Shown: one piece after another, positions 63,134 to 64,000 of the stretch
Position numbering within the stretch: position 1 is the stretch's first letter
How the letters are laid out: every line of letters starts with the position of its first letter
Made by a program: the position numbers and the translations under genes
The notes under the pieces: model-generated
Told to the model about the DNA's origin: nothing
Databases searched by the model: none
The model's input: only the letters and a program-made list of their open reading frames with translations
Source: an uncultured Actinomycetota bacterium
GTDB taxonomy: Bacteria > Actinomycetota > Thermoleophilia > RBG-16-64-13
Direction: 5' to 3'
Length of the DNA: 64,000 nt
Assembly (NCBI GenBank): GCA_963701105.1
Contig: OY969565.1
Location: forward strand, 372,083-436,082

Positions 63134-63150
63134 GGCGGGGAGAAGCCCAG
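63055..63150. repeat. imperfect 36-bp tandem repeat x3 (core gcggcgctcaccatggcgg)
   Basis: Core recurs at about 63057, 63092 and 63128. Confidence 0.55.
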
Positions 63151-64000
63151 ACACACGGGCTCTACGTTGAGTGATATGCCGAAGGCTTCGGAGACGGCGC
63201 CGCGCACGGTTGCTGCCAGCGCGAGCACATCGGCGGTCGTTGCTCCGCCCAGGTTCACGATGGCCAGAGCGTGGCTGGTAGAGACGCCGACCCGGCCGGT
63301 TCGGTAGCCCCGGGCTACGCCCGCCCGCTCGATGAGCCAGGCCGCGGACAGCTTGACTCGATCATGACCGTCCGGGTACGTGGGGATTTCTCCCCGTCTA
63401 GCGAGACCGCGCTGCTCCACTGCCGTGAGGAGCGACTCGGCCTCTCGGACGGAGACGATAGGGTTGGTAAAGAAGGAGCCCACGCTGCGGTGGTTCTCGT
63501 CCGAGGGGTCGATGATCATCGACTTGCGTCGTCGCACGGCAATGACGGCCTCCCGCGCCTCGACCAGCGACGGCGAGGAGGACGTACATTCCCGAGCCAG
63601 ATCCGGGTAGGCCACGGTGGGTGGACTACCAGGACGGAGGAGGAAGGAGGCCTCCAGCACCACATATTCGTCCGGGTTTCGTCGGAAGCGACTGTCGCGG
63701 TATCCGAAGGCGCACTCATCGGCCTTCAATTCCACAACCGACAATGAAGTGCGATCGAGCACCCTCACTGAGACGAGGGTGTCCGCTGCCTCCTGACCGT
63801 ACGCTCCGATATTCTGTACGGGAGTCGCACCCACCGAGCCGGGGATGCCGGAGAGGCACTCGAGGCCGGCCAGCCCTTCGGTCACGGTGCGCTCAACGAG
63901 TCCGTCCCACGACTCGCCGGCCGCGGCTCGTACCAGCACTGAACCATCTTCCACCGACTCTACCGTGACCCCGCTCGTCGCAAGCTTGAGCACAAGTCCG
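63127..64000 (-). CDS. murB: UDP-N-acetylenolpyruvoylglucosamine reductase MurB, C-terminal part (N-terminus outside window)
   Basis: GSFFTNP and KLSAAWLIERAG substrate-binding motifs of MurB; the ORF runs off the window edge. Confidence 0.85.
   Translation of the reverse strand, partial: GLVLKLATSGVTVESVEDGSVLVRAAAGESWDGLVERTVTEGLAGLECLSGIPGSVGATPVQNIGAYGQEAADTLVSVRVLDRTSLSVVELKADECAFGYRDSRFRRNPDEYVVLEASFLLRPGSPPTVAYPDLARECTSSSPSLVEAREAVIAVRRRKSMIIDPSDENHRSVGSFFTNPIVSVREAESLLTAVEQRGLARRGEIPTYPDGHDRVKLSAAWLIERAGVARGYRTGRVGVSTSHALAIVNLGGATTADVLALAATVRGAVSEAFGISLNVEPVCLGFSPPW

Overview
High-GC (about 68%) chromosomal core segment from a Gram-positive-type bacterium. The synteny uvrC-(ogt)-rapZ-yvcK-whiA-gap-pgk-tpiA...secG is typical of Actinobacteria; an SLH cell-wall-anchor protein and a short HU suggest a deep-branching lineage. 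Genes run almost back to back, frequently with 4-nt ATGA/GTGA start-stop overlaps. There are no mobile elements, CRISPR arrays or obvious defence islands.

Contents in order:
- Start to 14.7 kb: a tsaD 3' fragment, HrcA/CIRCE-controlled groES-groEL, a roadblock/LC7 gene plus a small membrane protein followed by tldD and a pmbA/tldE-family gene, pyrE-hup-pyrF plus a LysM gene, a membrane-protein pair, and a dacC-like carboxypeptidase translationally coupled to a PfkB kinase, guaA and rsfS.
- 14.9 to 21.7 kb: tRNA-Ala(GGC), a DUF190-CBS fusion, a flavoprotein disulfide reductase, pgl, an SLH-domain protein, an ACT/VOC pair and a frameshifted glutamate-synthase-like remnant.
- 21.8 to 35.8 kb: uvrA, plsY, hflX, an acyl-CoA synthetase beside a 3-hydroxyacyl-CoA-dehydrogenase/cupin fusion, an M42 peptidase, fabI, uvrC, ogt and rapZ.
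- 35.8 to 50.3 kb: yvcK, whiA, gap-pgk-tpiA-gpmI, an ECF sigma/anti-sigma pair, secG, and a 5-gene Opp/Dpp-type ABC importer with an internal attenuator hairpin.
- 50.3 to 64 kb: RNase P RNA, a tightly coupled operon of a P-loop NTPase, a bona fide carbamate kinase and a small acidic protein, a DJ-1/PfpI gene divergent from Fe/Mn-SOD, glycerate 2-kinase, an MFS transporter, YihY, and hypD-hypE-hypA-hypB co-oriented behind the murB 3' end.

The two most interesting loci are the P-loop/carbamate-kinase operon and the orphan hyp island, which lacks hypC and hypF and carries a 36-bp tandem-repeat peptide ORF.

Coordinates of CDS are anchored on the supplied ORF track. Non-CDS coordinates were read by eye and may be off by 1-2 nt.
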